Shown here piece by piece: positions 1 through 13,318 of a stretch of DNA of 64,000 bases. This stretch comes from Oculina patagonica (lineage: Eukaryota). The notes under the pieces were generated by a model, which saw nothing but the letters and a program-made list of their open reading frames with translations, made no database searches and was not told the origin of the DNA. The position numbers and the translations under genes are program-made. Position 1 is the stretch's first letter; each line of letters starts with the position of its first letter. The stretch is from contig NC_135758.1 of the NCBI RefSeq assembly GCF_052425735.1, positions 45,508,001 to 45,572,000 of the forward strand. Direction: 5' to 3'.

Positions 1-145
1 GCCATTATCTAGTAAATCGAAACACATTTATATCATTTTAAGGTTGTTTACAGAATTTAATTATGTCGAGTTGAAATGAATTTAATTACAGCTGGGGGCG
101 ATAGAATAAAAACATGTTTATTCTTTTCTTCCTTTTTTGTATTAG

Positions 146-3100
146 GAATTTCAGAAAATCTACAAACAGTTCTTTCCATTTGGAGATCCGTCAAAGTTTG
201 CTTCGTTTGTTTTTAATGTGTTCGATGAAAATAAGGTAAGAGTGTGTTTCTTTTAATTTCAGCCCCAGAAAATTTTTTAGGCAGATTTAGGGTTTTTATA
301 CAAACGAACTGCGAAGTTGAGAGATCATATCCCAAAGCTGCGCTGTTTTTTTATGAGTTTATTTTTTTTTCGAACAGCATGCGTCGTATAAATTGTCAGT
401 AGGTAGCTATACATATTTCCATACAATACGAGTTAATACGGATCAGTGTCTTAAGAGTGTGGGTAGCTTTAATTAATGATATACTTTATGTGAGCTTAAA
501 ATCCTTAAAATTGCTTTGTAGATGCGAATTATTTTTTAAGCTGGAACTCACTATAATTTGATCAGAGTTTCTACTTTATATTTCTTGACGCTTAAATTAT
601 GGAAGAATATCATGTATTTGCCCAAGGTAGTTCAGAAATTAAAAATACAGTGACAAATTGCATAAACAATACCATATAATGTCGCATCAAATCTATTGCG
701 CGATTTCTTATTTTTTTAATTATTTTATCTTTTTCACCCTAGTTAATTTACGAGCGGGATTTTCAGTTCGAAAATCCATACAAACTCTTATTTAATGCTT
801 GCTTTTGCTGTGGCGAGAAGGGCTGGGGTGTAAAAAAGAAATAAGTTGATAATTAAAATAAAGTTTCAGGTGAAACTGAAAACGATTAAATTACAGCTTT
901 CATTTAAATACGATCGCATCAAAGCAAGCCTTGGATTGGTGTCTGCAAATCAACAAATTGTGTTTCTCTCTGATATACTGATTGTTACAAAAGATATCTG
1001 TCACACAAGACATCGGATGTCAGTCAATCTCATATTTATTTCATATTTTATGACAGTGATATCTTGTTGCTACTAAGATTTGGATTAAGAATTTTAAAAT
1101 ATATATCACTTAATTTATTTCAAGGGTGAGATGTGGAAAGACAAAAATTAACTTTCAATGCAGTGATGTTTAGTCTTCAAGAATAATTAATATTTTCATT
1201 GTTATTAAAATAAAAAATAAAAATGTCCAGCAGTGGCAATAGTCATCAGACATTCATCGCCACAATAATGAAAGATGTTTCATATTGTATTACACATCCT
1301 GTTGTGACTGAGATTTAGATTCAACGGTTTCCTCATTCTTACATGTATAATGCAACCCACGTGAGATTAGCCTGAATTTCAGTTATCCCTCTGTGGTCAG
1401 GCTAACATAAGGTGTGCAAATTTTACGTTTTAACAGGTTTATTTTTCATCCCTAAGATAATTCTTTTACAATCAAAACCCCTTAAATTGTTATAAAATGC
1501 ACAAAAAAATAATTTAATGTCTTCCTGTAACATCTAAGCATTAGAAAATTATCTGAGGTTTTAAACCACAATAACAGAAAATTAATTTCATTTTATATCA
1601 TGACTTGTTACTTTTAAATATTTTACCGTACATATTTATATTTTTGATTATCACTTAAAATTTGCCAAAAATATATATATTATTTTAGCATACACATGTA
1701 ATTTTGAAGTATATCTATATTTCTTGAGACATCCATAAAATCCAAGTACCCAAACAATGCAGCTAATCTGTTTAGGTTTCCATTTAATTATTTAACATGT
1801 ATTTTTATTGTCCTGTGTAACAGTAGTGGTTTGAGGGAGATAGTGGGGGCTCTTACAGTCAATAGTATTTTTACCATTCACAACAGTTATTTCCCAAACA
1901 AGACAGCACCATGGGGGCTTATTGACTGTGTGGGAGGGTCAAATGTGGGAACTGCTGGGTCAAGGTTATGGCGTACTGACTAACCACAGTGAGATCAAAG
2001 CAAAATGACCAAGGGCAAAAAACTGCAAATATTTTATCATCTGGTGAACCTAACTAACTCAAACTCTGTTAATCACCATCACACATTGAGCTTGATTTTA
2101 CACTGTCTAGCCCCCCTGGGGGGGCACACTGTATATTTTCGGGTGGGGGTGTGCCGCTGGGACTCTGAAACCCTCACCCTATACCAGACCATCTTCAGCT
2201 GGTTAAAATAATTACATCCCTATACTAGACTAGATACCGAAAATCCCTACCCCATTCCAGACTTGCTTCTTTTTAGACTGCATCACTATGAGTGTTTTTA
2301 ATGGAAAACCATCTGTAAACAAACATTGTCACAATGATTTTATTCATGTCTACAGAAGTCTCTTTCTCTTCGGAGTTCCTATTCCTATTCTGGACTTAAT
2401 TCTTCATACCACTGATCAGTTTCTCGGCAAATGATACCCTACTCTAGACCAAAACTCTCAGATTTCTATACCCTATCCCAGACTAAACTCCTTGAAAACC
2501 ATACCCTTCACAGCGGCACATACCTATGTAGCTCATATATGGGAGTGCCCCCCCCCCCCAGTCTAGCTCTTGCACTTTAGCTACTTAGTGCACCCAGTAT
2601 TGTTTTTCATAAGACTGTCAGTGGGTCGTATAATAACGGCCCTATTTCTAATATTAATTTTGCACTTCTACACTTCTGAACAATGTACAACCATTGGAAA
2701 TTAAACAGTGGTAGCAAACTGTGTATCTCGCACTGAATTTTATTTGTCTGATTTAAATTATAGCATTGAACTCTTTGCATTATAAAAAACTGCTCAGGCT
2801 GATCTTTGCACTGTTTTCATCTTAGGATGGGACAATAGAATTTAGAGAGTTCATTTGCGCTTTATCAGTAACATCAAGAGGAAGCATTGATGAAAAACTT
2901 CAATGTAAGTCTTTTGTATTAACACATATTTTGGGATCATCTAAGCGGGGGGGGGGGGAAGGGGGTCTAAACCTCCTACAGTATTTCTTGCACCTCTTAC
3001 TCTTGTTCCCATAGCTTTTTCTTTTGCTTCCTGCCCCCTTTTCCATAGTGGTTTCCTCCTCTTTGTCCAAAATGTAACCAAATGTGGCAAAAAAAACTTC

Positions 3101-6033
3101 AATTTCTCCTGGTTCCTGCCACCTTAGGAGTCCAACGTCCCACCCTCTCTTCTCCAGGCCCTTTCCTCCCAGGCTCCCGCCCCTGCTGTCCCCCTCCACA
3201 TCTAAAAGGGATTTTCGGTGGGTGTATGTCATGCATGACTACTCAGCTTTTAATAATTAGATTTAAGAATTTGGTGGTAGATCAAGATTGACAGTGAAGT
3301 TATAATCTTGAAACAAAGTCTGGTACAAGATTTAGACCTGTAGTGAAATGGCATGTAAGTGGTTGTATTTCATGTATGTTTAGTCCGAAATAACATTTTG
3401 TGACCTTGATTTTTTTTTGCCAGGGGCATTCAAGCTGTATGACTTGGATGATGATGGTTATATAACCAAGGAGGAAATGCTTCACATAGTGGATTCTATT
3501 TATAAGATGGTGGTATGTCTGTTTTTTCCTGCAAAATAAAAGATTAATCATTGATGGGAAACTGTTCAATACTTTCACTGATAGCACTTTGCTATCAGAG
3601 AATGTAGTGCCTTACCTAAAGACAAAACATGGTAATTGCATAATCAGATGAAAAGAGAATAGAAACGTTGAGTTTGTCTAGCAAATTGTGTAGCCTCTTT
3701 GACATAAGTTCACTTTTATTGTAAATCACAGCCCTATGTACAGCACTGTTGAAAAAGTGTTACACTGTAATGCCACACCTTTTTTTACCTTCCACTGTGT
3801 GCAAGAAAATAATAATTATAGTTCATTATTTAAGTGGATTGTATGTACGTACATGTAGTATGTCAGATTTCAGGTCATAGTGGTCTGCGTTTGAGTGCTG
3901 GCCAGGGATAAACTCAGGCACAGTGTGGGCCATTACGGTTTACACTGTAGGATTACAAGTAATCTCAGGGTTGGGAAAAATAAGAAAATGCTCCAAGTTT
4001 ATATCAAATCAACCTACAAAAAGTTTAATCATCAATGAAGATACACATAATGTATCTTGTACTTTGTTATCACAGGCCAGCATGGTGAAGTTACCAGAAG
4101 ATGAAGACACTCCAGAAAAGAGGGTCAATAGAATCTTTAATCAAATGGACACGGTACTTATACTTACATATGTTTATACTGGCTCTTATAAATATTCCCT
4201 ACATGCAATTTATACGGGAGCAATACACTTAAACTGAACTTTTATGACTTCATTCTATAAAGTTCAGGTAAAGATGATTAAAATTGGCTCGATTTATACT
4301 AGAGACAGATGATCCGTCGGACGAACTTGCATTTTAATTAGGTGAGCATTTTTGCCCCTGCACGTAGGTAGGAAAAATGTGTGCATTCAGTGAACGGTAC
4401 CGGAAAAAATCTCGATTTTGGTCAAAGCGGCTCGCAAAGGATTGCCCAAATGCTCGCAAAGGATTGCCGGAACAATCGTAAAGGAGCAATGGAAGTCAGT
4501 GCCGCAAAAGATAAAATTAGCCGTCGCACTGTGATCACAAGCAACATGTCTTGCTTGAAGAAATATGTAAAACATGTACCTAAATTTGAAATGATACCGA
4601 AAATGACATGGAAAGCATAACAGGCGTATAATGCGGGGACGAAGAGTTTCTTATCTTAGTCAAACTGAATGTAGTGAAAACAAGTGGAAATCGTATAAAT
4701 ATTACGACGAGTAACAAACAAAAGCGTGAACTTTGTCATGCAATACAATTCGTTTCGCTAACGAACTGTCAGTTTATTTGATCCAAAGAATGGTTGAATA
4801 AGGATCAAAAATTGTTTACCCGAATCTTTGAATTTGCCATAATTATTTTGTTACTCGTGGAATTGTCAGGCTTTTTGGCCTGGAAATTATTATAAGTTCA
4901 TTATAAGTCAGGGAATAAGCTTGCGTGTTGTCACCACGAACAATGTGTTATGTGTTATTTCCGCTAGGTAATATATTCGACTTGAACTTGTGAATTTTTT
5001 TAGGACGCAACGGTGTCACACAACAAGAAATTCCACAGCAAACAATGTCGTGACGTACATGGCACAATAAAAAAGAAGCCTAATTTTGTGGTCTATCGGC
5101 ATCAATAATTAAAGGCCGAAAAAAGACTCCACTTATCTTAGATTATTGCTGTAGAACAAATTATGAAAAGGCGGGGGCAGTTTACTAGTGAGAACTATTA
5201 CTAGTTTAGTTCGTCTGATAATTCGTCTGTGTATAAATGATTATGGGCAAACAGATGGATTATCCGTCCAGACGAACTATCTGGCAAGTTTGCCTTGGCA
5301 GATGAATTACGAAGATAGTTCGTCCGGACAGATGATCTGTCTGTTTGCCCGTATTTATACACAGACGAATTATCAGACGAACTAAAAAATGCTCGCCTAA
5401 TTAAAATGCAAGTTCGTCCAGACGGATCATCCGTCTCTAGTATAAATTGAGCCATTTAAAGATTCTTCCTTAACAAAAGTGACTTCTAGTAAGAACACAA
5501 GCTACTGTATTGTAATTTACCATTATTTACCACCTAACAAGTTCACAGTCCATTGATATTTTTCTAAATTATTGAAATATTTACATGTGGGTTCACAACT
5601 AGTAAAGTTTTTCTTTCCCTCGGATTTTTGGAAATTTTAAATATCCTAAACTGTGTATTCACAGATAATTAAACACAAATTTACAGAAGCACTGCAGTAT
5701 AGAATTATTCTTTACAGTGCAACTACAATCAATGCTTCCTTGACTCAACCTTGAATTTCCAAAAAGATGTACCTTTAAAACATACTTGATTTGACTTGAC
5801 AATTCAGTAGTATCAAATATCTGGCTTTGAACAGTTTTGTTTATTTTGCATGTAGTACTCAATTCTTGGAACATTGGTGTTTTCTTTTCCTTTCTTTTTG
5901 TACATTTTGCTTCAATATGACTTGTTTTCTACAGAATGCTGATGGCAAGTTGTCAATGGAGGAATTCCGAGAAGGCTCCAAGTCTGATCCGTCCATTGTA
6001 CAGGCACTATCACTGTATGATGGACTGGTGTAG
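146..6033 (+). CDS. NCS1: Neuronal calcium sensor 1 (frequenin), 5'-partial; exons 146-235, 2826-2904, 3424-3512, 4076-4153, 5935-6033
   Basis: All exons bounded by AG/GT and phases join to give [86 protein letters not shown]...[46 protein letters not shown], with three EF-hand loops and the characteristic NCS-1 C-terminus. N-terminal exons lie upstream of the window. Confidence 0.97.
2113..2560. mobile_element. Non-autonomous DNA element (MITE) with CCC/GGG-rich termini; same family as 60012-60437, opposite orientation
   Basis: Internal sequence is the reverse complement of 60012-60437 (e.g. cccttcacagcggcacatacctat); flanks gtctagcc / gtctagct form an imperfect 8-bp TSD. Confidence 0.8.
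4286..5453. mobile_element. Non-autonomous TIR DNA transposon (PIF/Harbinger-like, GGC...GCC termini) in NCS1 intron
   Basis: ~68-bp imperfect TIRs ggctcgatttatactagagacagatgatccgtc... / ...gacggatcatccgtctctagtataaattgagcc; ATT duplicated at 4283-4285 and 5454-5456; subterminal cgtccagacgaact repeats at 5205-5420. Superfamily assignment is inference. Confidence 0.85.
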
Positions 6034-6849
6034 AGCATCTTTAGTCGCACCACGATTGGCAATCCTTGCCTTCATCAACACAACAGACAAGCACCCACAC
6101 ATAACACGTAGTTCCATTATGATCCTTGCGTCATCTGAAGAGCAAACATAATGGTGGTTCAGATCATTCTAGACACTATACAGTAATACTTGACAACACT
6201 TGGTTTGCGCACTGTAAAGTGTGTTTAAGTGTGTTAATGATCTCCCAGCACTCAGGACAGGACAGAACAGGAAATTTTTAGATTGTTCCATACAATGTGT
6301 TGAACAAAATTATTTAAAAACAGATACATTAATATAATTAAAAACGTAGTCCCACATGTACAGCATAAAGGGCCTTGTTCGCAAAAGCTCGGCTGGCTTG
6401 TGAGTTTTCTCATTATTATGCAAGTTGATGATTAGACTTGAGTTCTGTAGTGTAAAAGCATTTTCAACTGACTTTTTTTCCTGATAGCTTTCCACAGCAA
6501 CATGTATAGATGATTTTGGCCCTTTTGTAAAATTCAAACAGCTTGTTAAGTTAACAAGTTGGGATACATAGTAATGGCTATTCCAAACTAAACATAATTA
6601 TAGTTAAATTAAATATTCCATAAGCGCTACTCCTCTCCCAACAGATTAAAGTGCATGAACAGTATCGACATACATGTTATGTCTTGATTACAAACCAAAT
6701 TCTCCCAAGAATTGTAAAAAAAACGATGAAAAGCAGTACATGGAAGTTTTATGCTTATCTAAAAGAAGCGTAAAAACACAGTTTCTTTATTGCTACCATC
6801 ATTGACAAGACAATACCCAGATATACATGTACACATATTAAATCGTTGT

Positions 6850-7012
6850 ACAGTAGAATCCCGATTTCTCGAACCGTCAGTTTCTCAAACTCCCAATTTC
6901 TCAAACCCTTGGATGGTACTTCTCTGCAATTTTACCTCAATTTGTCAAACATCCTGATTTCTGGAAGCAATAATCATTTCCCCTTGATTTTCAAGAAATC
7001 AGAATTCTACAG
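6850..7012. mobile_element. Degenerate Tc1/pogo-like MITE
   Basis: tacagtagaatcccgatttctc ... aagaaatcagaattctacagta form imperfect inverted ends flanked by TA. Confidence 0.5.
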
Positions 7013-7282
7013 TATCTGCTTAAATGCACATAGCCGAATTGCCAACATGGCTGTATGATGCTATTGTCAAAGTGAAAGACCCAATAAGACATAGATTTTG
7101 AGATAGGTTTGATGCCAACAGTTTGATCAGATAAGGATAGTTTTCGGACAGTTTTCGCTAGAGTGACACAGGCACCCCACCCAACTTAAAAGGGATGTAT
7201 ACATGTACATTGTTAGGCAGCCTGTTTGCAGATGGTACATGTGCAAACAGTAATTAACAGGCTAGTATGCAATAATAATTAT

Positions 7283-7500
7283 CAACCCTCCAAGTTTATA
7301 TTTTTCCTTAGTGGCAATTTGGCCACCAACTGCTCAAGTTTGGTTGCCTGTGAAAAATTTTAGTTGCTTAATTACGCTCACTCTTTCAATCCTTCTTCTC
7401 AATTTTAGTCACCAGGCTGGCGCCTTAGGTTCAAATTTAGTAGCCAGCTCCAAAATTTTAGTCGCCATGGCGACTAAAAAGGTCTTAACTTGGAGGGTTG
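7283..7500. mobile_element. Short MITE with 14-bp TIR caaccctccaagtt
   Basis: Perfect inverted ends caaccctccaagtt / aacttggagggttg; no clean TSD visible. Confidence 0.65.
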
Positions 7501-7669
7501 AATATTGTCAAACATGAAAGACAGCATAAATTCATTGTATTTCCAATATTTAAAAATACAATTTGCAATACCGGTAAGTAATTTTTGAAGAAAATATTAC
7601 ATTGAGGCCTTTGGAAATGTGGTGAAACTCTACTGTCTCAATGGTTTGGCAATACAGTTAAATCCTGAC

Positions 7670-7832
7670 AACATGAGCCCTCAATAACTTGAACCTCCCG
7701 CTAACTCAAACCTTGTTTAATTCCCCTTTAGGTCATTTTCTTACTAATTTTACCCTTGATAACTCGAACTCCCGTTAATTCGAACCTTTTTCAATTTCCC
7801 TTGAAGGTTCGAGTTATTGGGATTCAACTGTA
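7670..7832. mobile_element. Degenerate Tigger/pogo-like MITE
   Basis: Repeated aactcgaac motifs and the end ...gttcgagttattgggattcaactg|ta, inverted relative to ...caataacttgaacc at the left end. Confidence 0.5.
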
Positions 7833-8532
7833 TTATCTTCTCAATCAAAACTAAAACTAAAGAGAAAATCGAGAAGTAAAATCATTCAAATGTATTTTAA
7901 TAATTTAAGATCAGATATTGTAACCACCGTCATGGTTTGTGATATCTTGAGTTGTTTTAATTTATTGATTTGTTGATGGGTTTGAAAAAGTATGATTTAA
8001 CATTGCTAATATATTTTTGTATAAAGCTGTTGTGATGATTGAATAAAAGCTGTTAATTAATATATTCTATGCACAAATTTTGTATAAAATATAAGTACCA
8101 GTTAAGTGAAGTGTTTCCACTGAACATGTTCCAATAGCCCAAAAAAACCGTTAACCACATCGAACAAAAATAAATGTAAAAACTGGTTTCTGTTGTTGAC
8201 ACTGCAATTGAATTAGAACATAATCTATTGACCTATAATGTACATGTACCATGTACATTGCCATTTTATCCATCCATGGTAAATTACTTACAAAGTACTA
8301 GCAGCTTGCCAAATGCACAGGTTGTTCAGTTGGGTAATGGATAAGTGTACAGGCAAAGCTTCCCCTGACAGACTAAACCCCTGGGTAGAGGACCAGCTTC
8401 CATTCTACAGTCATTAAGAATTTTAAGAGAGCTGGGCAAACATGGCATTCTGTTGCCCCCTTCTTAATCTAACTCATGACCAGAGAGTTTGTTCTCAAGC
8501 TTACATTGTGCTGCACATGTTCTTTTCATTAC

Positions 8533-11500
8533 CTACCTCCATACTGGGTCCAAGTGTTCACTGATAGTGTTTACTGTCTGCAAACTGTAACAAAATAAAA
8601 CCATTATTTACCAACTGGTCTCCTGGGCAAAGATAGTCAAAGCTCCCAGATAAGAAGGAAAAAGCTAAAAGTTCAGGTCAATTCAATAATTTCAACTCTA
8701 ATTTGGCCGATTTATGGCAATTTCAGAGAAGGATATTTTTAGCTCATTCTCAAAGAATGAGTATTATAGTGGATCAGATGTGGATGGAAGCGGAAGTCGT
8801 CTAGCATGTGGGCAAAAAATGTGTGGACAAAAATTGTGTAGACGGAAGTTGCAGAACGGAAGTAATTTTACATGCTACCCCTCCCCCCTAAGTAACGTTA
8901 AAAATAACTTCAATGAAGCTCATGAAATGAAATCCTTTTATCTCTCATTTTAAATCTCACAAATGAAATCCTTTTATGTTGTAGTAAATAAATTTACATC
9001 AAATCACAAATTCGGAACTTCTAAAAAGGCAAATGTGAATCAAACAGTGGAAATGTTGACAACCTGGGGGTTCATTTTATCATGTGCTGACACACGTAAT
9101 CAAGGTTTATTTTAACGTGCGCTGTTGCATGCTATTAAGTCCCTTCAGGTAGCCGGAAGTAATTTTAGTATGCTGCCCTTCTCCCGTTAGTAAAAGTCAA
9201 AAATAAGTTCCATGAAGAAATCTCAACATGGAGTTACGCTTGCCACATGACGTGTTCTCACATCATCCGTTTTACACGACGTGTTCATGGGCATCTTTCT
9301 CAAATTTCATTTGCTGCTCAATCCATGAACAATGATTGTCACTGCCCGGTAGATGCGTACTGACAGAAAGGTAATTCAAAACGCAATTCAGTAATCTAAA
9401 ACGGTAACAAATATTCATTTGATTTCTTTTCACATGTGTATCTGAGCTTCGTGGAGGATGTGAACTATATACACACTATCCAACCAGAAGAAAGCTCGTA
9501 ACCACAATGTCCACACGTTTTAGCAGTTAAAACATGTTCTTCGAATATCGAAAATATATTTGTCAGGAAGACGAAAAGCTTTGCAGTTTAATTACAAATA
9601 GAAATACCAAACGACTGCGATCCTTCTAAGATCGATTAAAGCAATGTATTAGTGAAAAATATTGTGAAAGTCCTTTCCGTGTTTAATTGTTATGTAAATA
9701 TTCTAGCTTTTCTGTCTATGTTGTTGTTGACTTTGTACATTTTCCATCAATAATAGCGCTAAGAAGAGCAAACAAGACTGGATGTCTTCGGATGTCTCGT
9801 GTTTGCTGGCACGGAAGGGTAAAGGAATGTGCATGCATGCAAAAAACTTGACTGTTTTGCACTTCCTCCCCGCGTAATACTGATTCTCGACCTAGGATCT
9901 TCCCTTCTTATAATTTATATTTTTATTCTACTTATCGTTCCGCGATCTGGAAACAAAATACTATTTCTTTTTGAAATAACTGCTTGTGGACTTTTACGTA
10001 GCAGGGAATGGGGCCATGTAAAATTACTTCCGGCTGCCTCGATGGACTTGATCGCTTGTGTCAGCCCGTGTTAAAATACGTTTAGGTTCCCTAAGGTCTA
10101 AACAGCTTGGCAACTTGATTCACGTTGCACCATTTTTAGAAGTTGTGAATTTCATTTATTTTCACGTGCGTATCTGATTTTGACTTTACAGGGGACTGCA
10201 CTTGACTTAAGTGGAGCGTATCAATACATTTTCATTACCCACCACCACTCCCAAACACTACCCCCCCCCCCCCACCCCGAAAAAATGCAGAAGAATGAGC
10301 TGGGTCTAAGGGCCCTTTGATTTATGATGGAATCAGCGTAGTGTGTAGAGGATCCTGCAGGTGAAAACAACAATCTTCCAGATTATGATTTTTCTTTTAG
10401 TGAGCATCACTGAAAAGCATAATTTTATGGCCAGTTGGTTTAAGTTTGGCATCTAAAGACAGTTTTCCTGGTTACAGCAACACATATTTTCCATGACTTC
10501 TAACTAAGGTATTTAAAGGTACTTTTCTTTGCCTTGTTGTGGTCCACAATTTTCCAGCTTGTAGTCCAAGTGGTGCCTGGCACAACATTGCATTCACTAT
10601 TTGCACCGGTCAGTAACTTATACAAGTAAGGCCAGACAGCTTATTAAGTTACTCTAAAAGGGAGTTTATGCCAACTTAAAAGTAGACTTCTCTGTGAAAT
10701 CAATTCTGTTAATTAGGAAAAATACAAATTTAATGTGTAATAGTTATTACTGATCCACCTACCTGTGCTGAATATCAGCAAACCTTTAAAAAATAGAAAT
10801 TGAAAAGTTATCAGAATGTAACAGTAAATGATTAAAAGCTCTAGCTTACCAGGTAAGTAAAAATACAATATATATTTTAACACATTTTGATGTACAAGTA
10901 CATTAATATTTTTTCAATAAATCTTTAGTCATTCAAAGTTCAAAAATCCCAAGCGTAATGGTCCTGGCTAGGTAAAAACTAATGGGGTAATTTATAATGT
11001 CACTAAAAGCAGAAGAATCAGTAAGATATTAAATTTACCAAATGTGCCATGCAGAAACAGTCTTATGAGTTACAAAAAGTATTTCAGATGCTGCACACTA
11101 AGAGTGAACATAAGTGTTCATTGAGCAGTGTAACAAATATATTAATAAACTTACTGTGATTCCATGTCTGCTATGATTTTTCCAGACTGTTTTATGAGCT
11201 GCAAGAAAATTGCCATTAACATTTATTATTATAGACCTGAGTTCTTTACTGGATAATAAACCACTGGCTAAGTTCATACAAAACTACATTGTACATCCAG
11301 GTCCCTAGTGGCATACAGTACATGTCCTTACTAGTGGGGATATCAATGATGTCATTTCCTGCCTTGGCTGGCAAGCTGCCAAAATGCCAAGTGAAAAGGG
11401 TGAGCAATAGATTAGTGATTTAGTTCACTTAAGCCAACATTAAATCACTCACCAAGGGAAAGAAATGCTAACATGAAGATGAAAACCTCATGTGACTTAA

Positions 11501-12676
11501 AACCTGTATGTGTATTCAAGAGATTTTCTCAGTAACCAGACTGATTAGAATTTAGTAATATTCAAATATCGTTATTGTCCAGTAAGTCTGGAGGATAATC
11601 AGGTTTGTACAGATATGATATTCAAATATGTTTAGGAAACACTACAAAAAATTGTGTTACTACTACACGAACCCTTAAGTTCAAAACCTAACTGAAAATT
11701 GCATATTTTTGTTTCCATCGATTATAATTATGACAAACAATGAAACTTGAAAAAAAGAAACAAACAAAATGGATTTAAATCTACAAAACACAACCCAGAG
11801 ACATGGCCCTTTGAACCTGCTAGTATAAGTGAACTTCTGTTTCCTGAGAGGTCTGCTAAGATGATTGACGGAAGCAAAAAATGCAAACAGTTGATTGAGC
11901 TGAGACGCTATTATTTAAAGGCACAGTAAAATGTAATTTTATTGATTATATGATATCTATATGAACAAAAAATAGCTTTAATCCTATACCTCTTGTGAGT
12001 TTGCCAGAGCACCTTCCTGGCTAACAAACTGCTTTGTAGTCTGAGCCAAGATCTGATTTAAAATAATGAAAGTGACATGAGTTCAGCTAATCTAACAGAA
12101 GTAACTTACAAGTACAGAATTAATATTACCTCTTGAATTATGGAAAAAAATTATAAGAGATTTATTTAACTATCATGGTCTAGGGTAATAGGATGCTCTT
12201 GTATTTTGTCTATCATTATCATCATCATCATCATCATCATCATCGTCATTTTATTAATCACTTTAGACTTTAAACTATATAGCATTATCGTTATGGTAGG
12301 GCAAGGAGTCCTCCAAGAAACCACCAGGCTGAAGAAGAGCCAAATTGGTTATCAATAAAATAATTATGTTAGCAATTTTTTGTGGATGTGCGGCTAGGTC
12401 AATTCAAAAGAAAGGCTAAAAACGCCAACCATACAGTGCAAAGGTTCCTGACTCTGCCTGCGAAACAACTCGGTGTTCTCGAACAAATGTTCTAGCGTCT
12501 CAGAGGCCCAGGTAGACATAAGACAGTTCATTGGTTCTATTTACCTCGTGTGATCGTGAGCTCTTTAACAACTGTTGAGCTAGTTTTCCTGTTTCTGTAA
12601 CATTTACATGAACTTTATCCATCAAACGTTCCCTAAATTCGTTGTTTGGTCGAACTCGGCCACTCGGATCCGCCAT
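8533..12676 (-). CDS. BORCS7: BLOC-1-related complex subunit 7-like (103 aa); exons 12676-12545, 12052-11990, 11198-11155, 10783-10763, 8584-8533
   Basis: GT-AG exons join in frame to MADPSGRVRPNNEFRERLMDKVHVNVTETGKLAQQLLKSSRSHEILAQTTKQFVSQEGALANSQELIKQSGKIIADMESQFADIQHSLQTVNTISEHLDPVWR*. Length and motif (L.K.SRS.E.L.Q....V.QE) match BORCS7 as I recall it. Not in the ORF track. Confidence 0.85.
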
Positions 12677-13025
12677 ATTGAATTGTTTGCTGACCAGTGC
12701 TTACCGCTGGCGATACGATTCGTTCCCAGGTTGTGCAACGGGGGTGGGGGAGGGGGGGGGGGGGCGGAGTTGGGATCATTTTAGACCGGGTATTGTGTCC
12801 CGAATGATCCCCCGCGAATTCGTTCATTGTAATGGCTTACAAAAGTGAAAAAATAAACTCGACTTTTGTAAAAAAAAACCTCTCGTGCTTTTTTTGGTTC
12901 GTAAAACAACGTTTGGGAGTTCTTTTCCGACCGAAACACCAAGTGGGTCCTCGGTCAGAATCTCGTTCTTTTTAAACTTTACACTTTCCCCTTATATCTC
13001 TAAAAATTATTTAAATCGTGTAACA

Positions 13026-13150
13026 TATCTTTTATTAACCAAGCTTCCTCGAGACCGTACTGGGAAATATCGGCCCTCGGTCTTTTCTGTACGGACCGTG
13101 CACAAGACCTTGGAGGCAAGTACAATATCCCGAATGAAGACGCATTCTAC
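13026..13150. repeat. Interspersed repeat fragment with internal inverted segments (possibly Crypton-like), next to the gap
   Basis: ttattaacc start; ...gggaaatatcggccctcggtc...gacc...aagacc...aatatccc inverted arrangement; similar organisation at 43908-44050. Confidence 0.35.
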
Positions 13151-13181
13151 GTTGATTACTCTACTTCGTGTGCAAGTTAAT

Positions 13182-13318
13182 NNNNNNNNNNNNNNNNNNN
13201 NNNNNNNNNNNNNNNNNNNNNNNNNNNNNNNNNNNNNNNNNNNNNNNNNNNNNNNNNNNNNNNNNNNNNNNNNNNNNNNNNNNNNNNNNNNNNNNNNNNN
13301 NNNNNNNNNNNNNNNNNN
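13182..13318. other. Assembly gap (137 N)
   Basis: Run of N. Confidence 1.
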
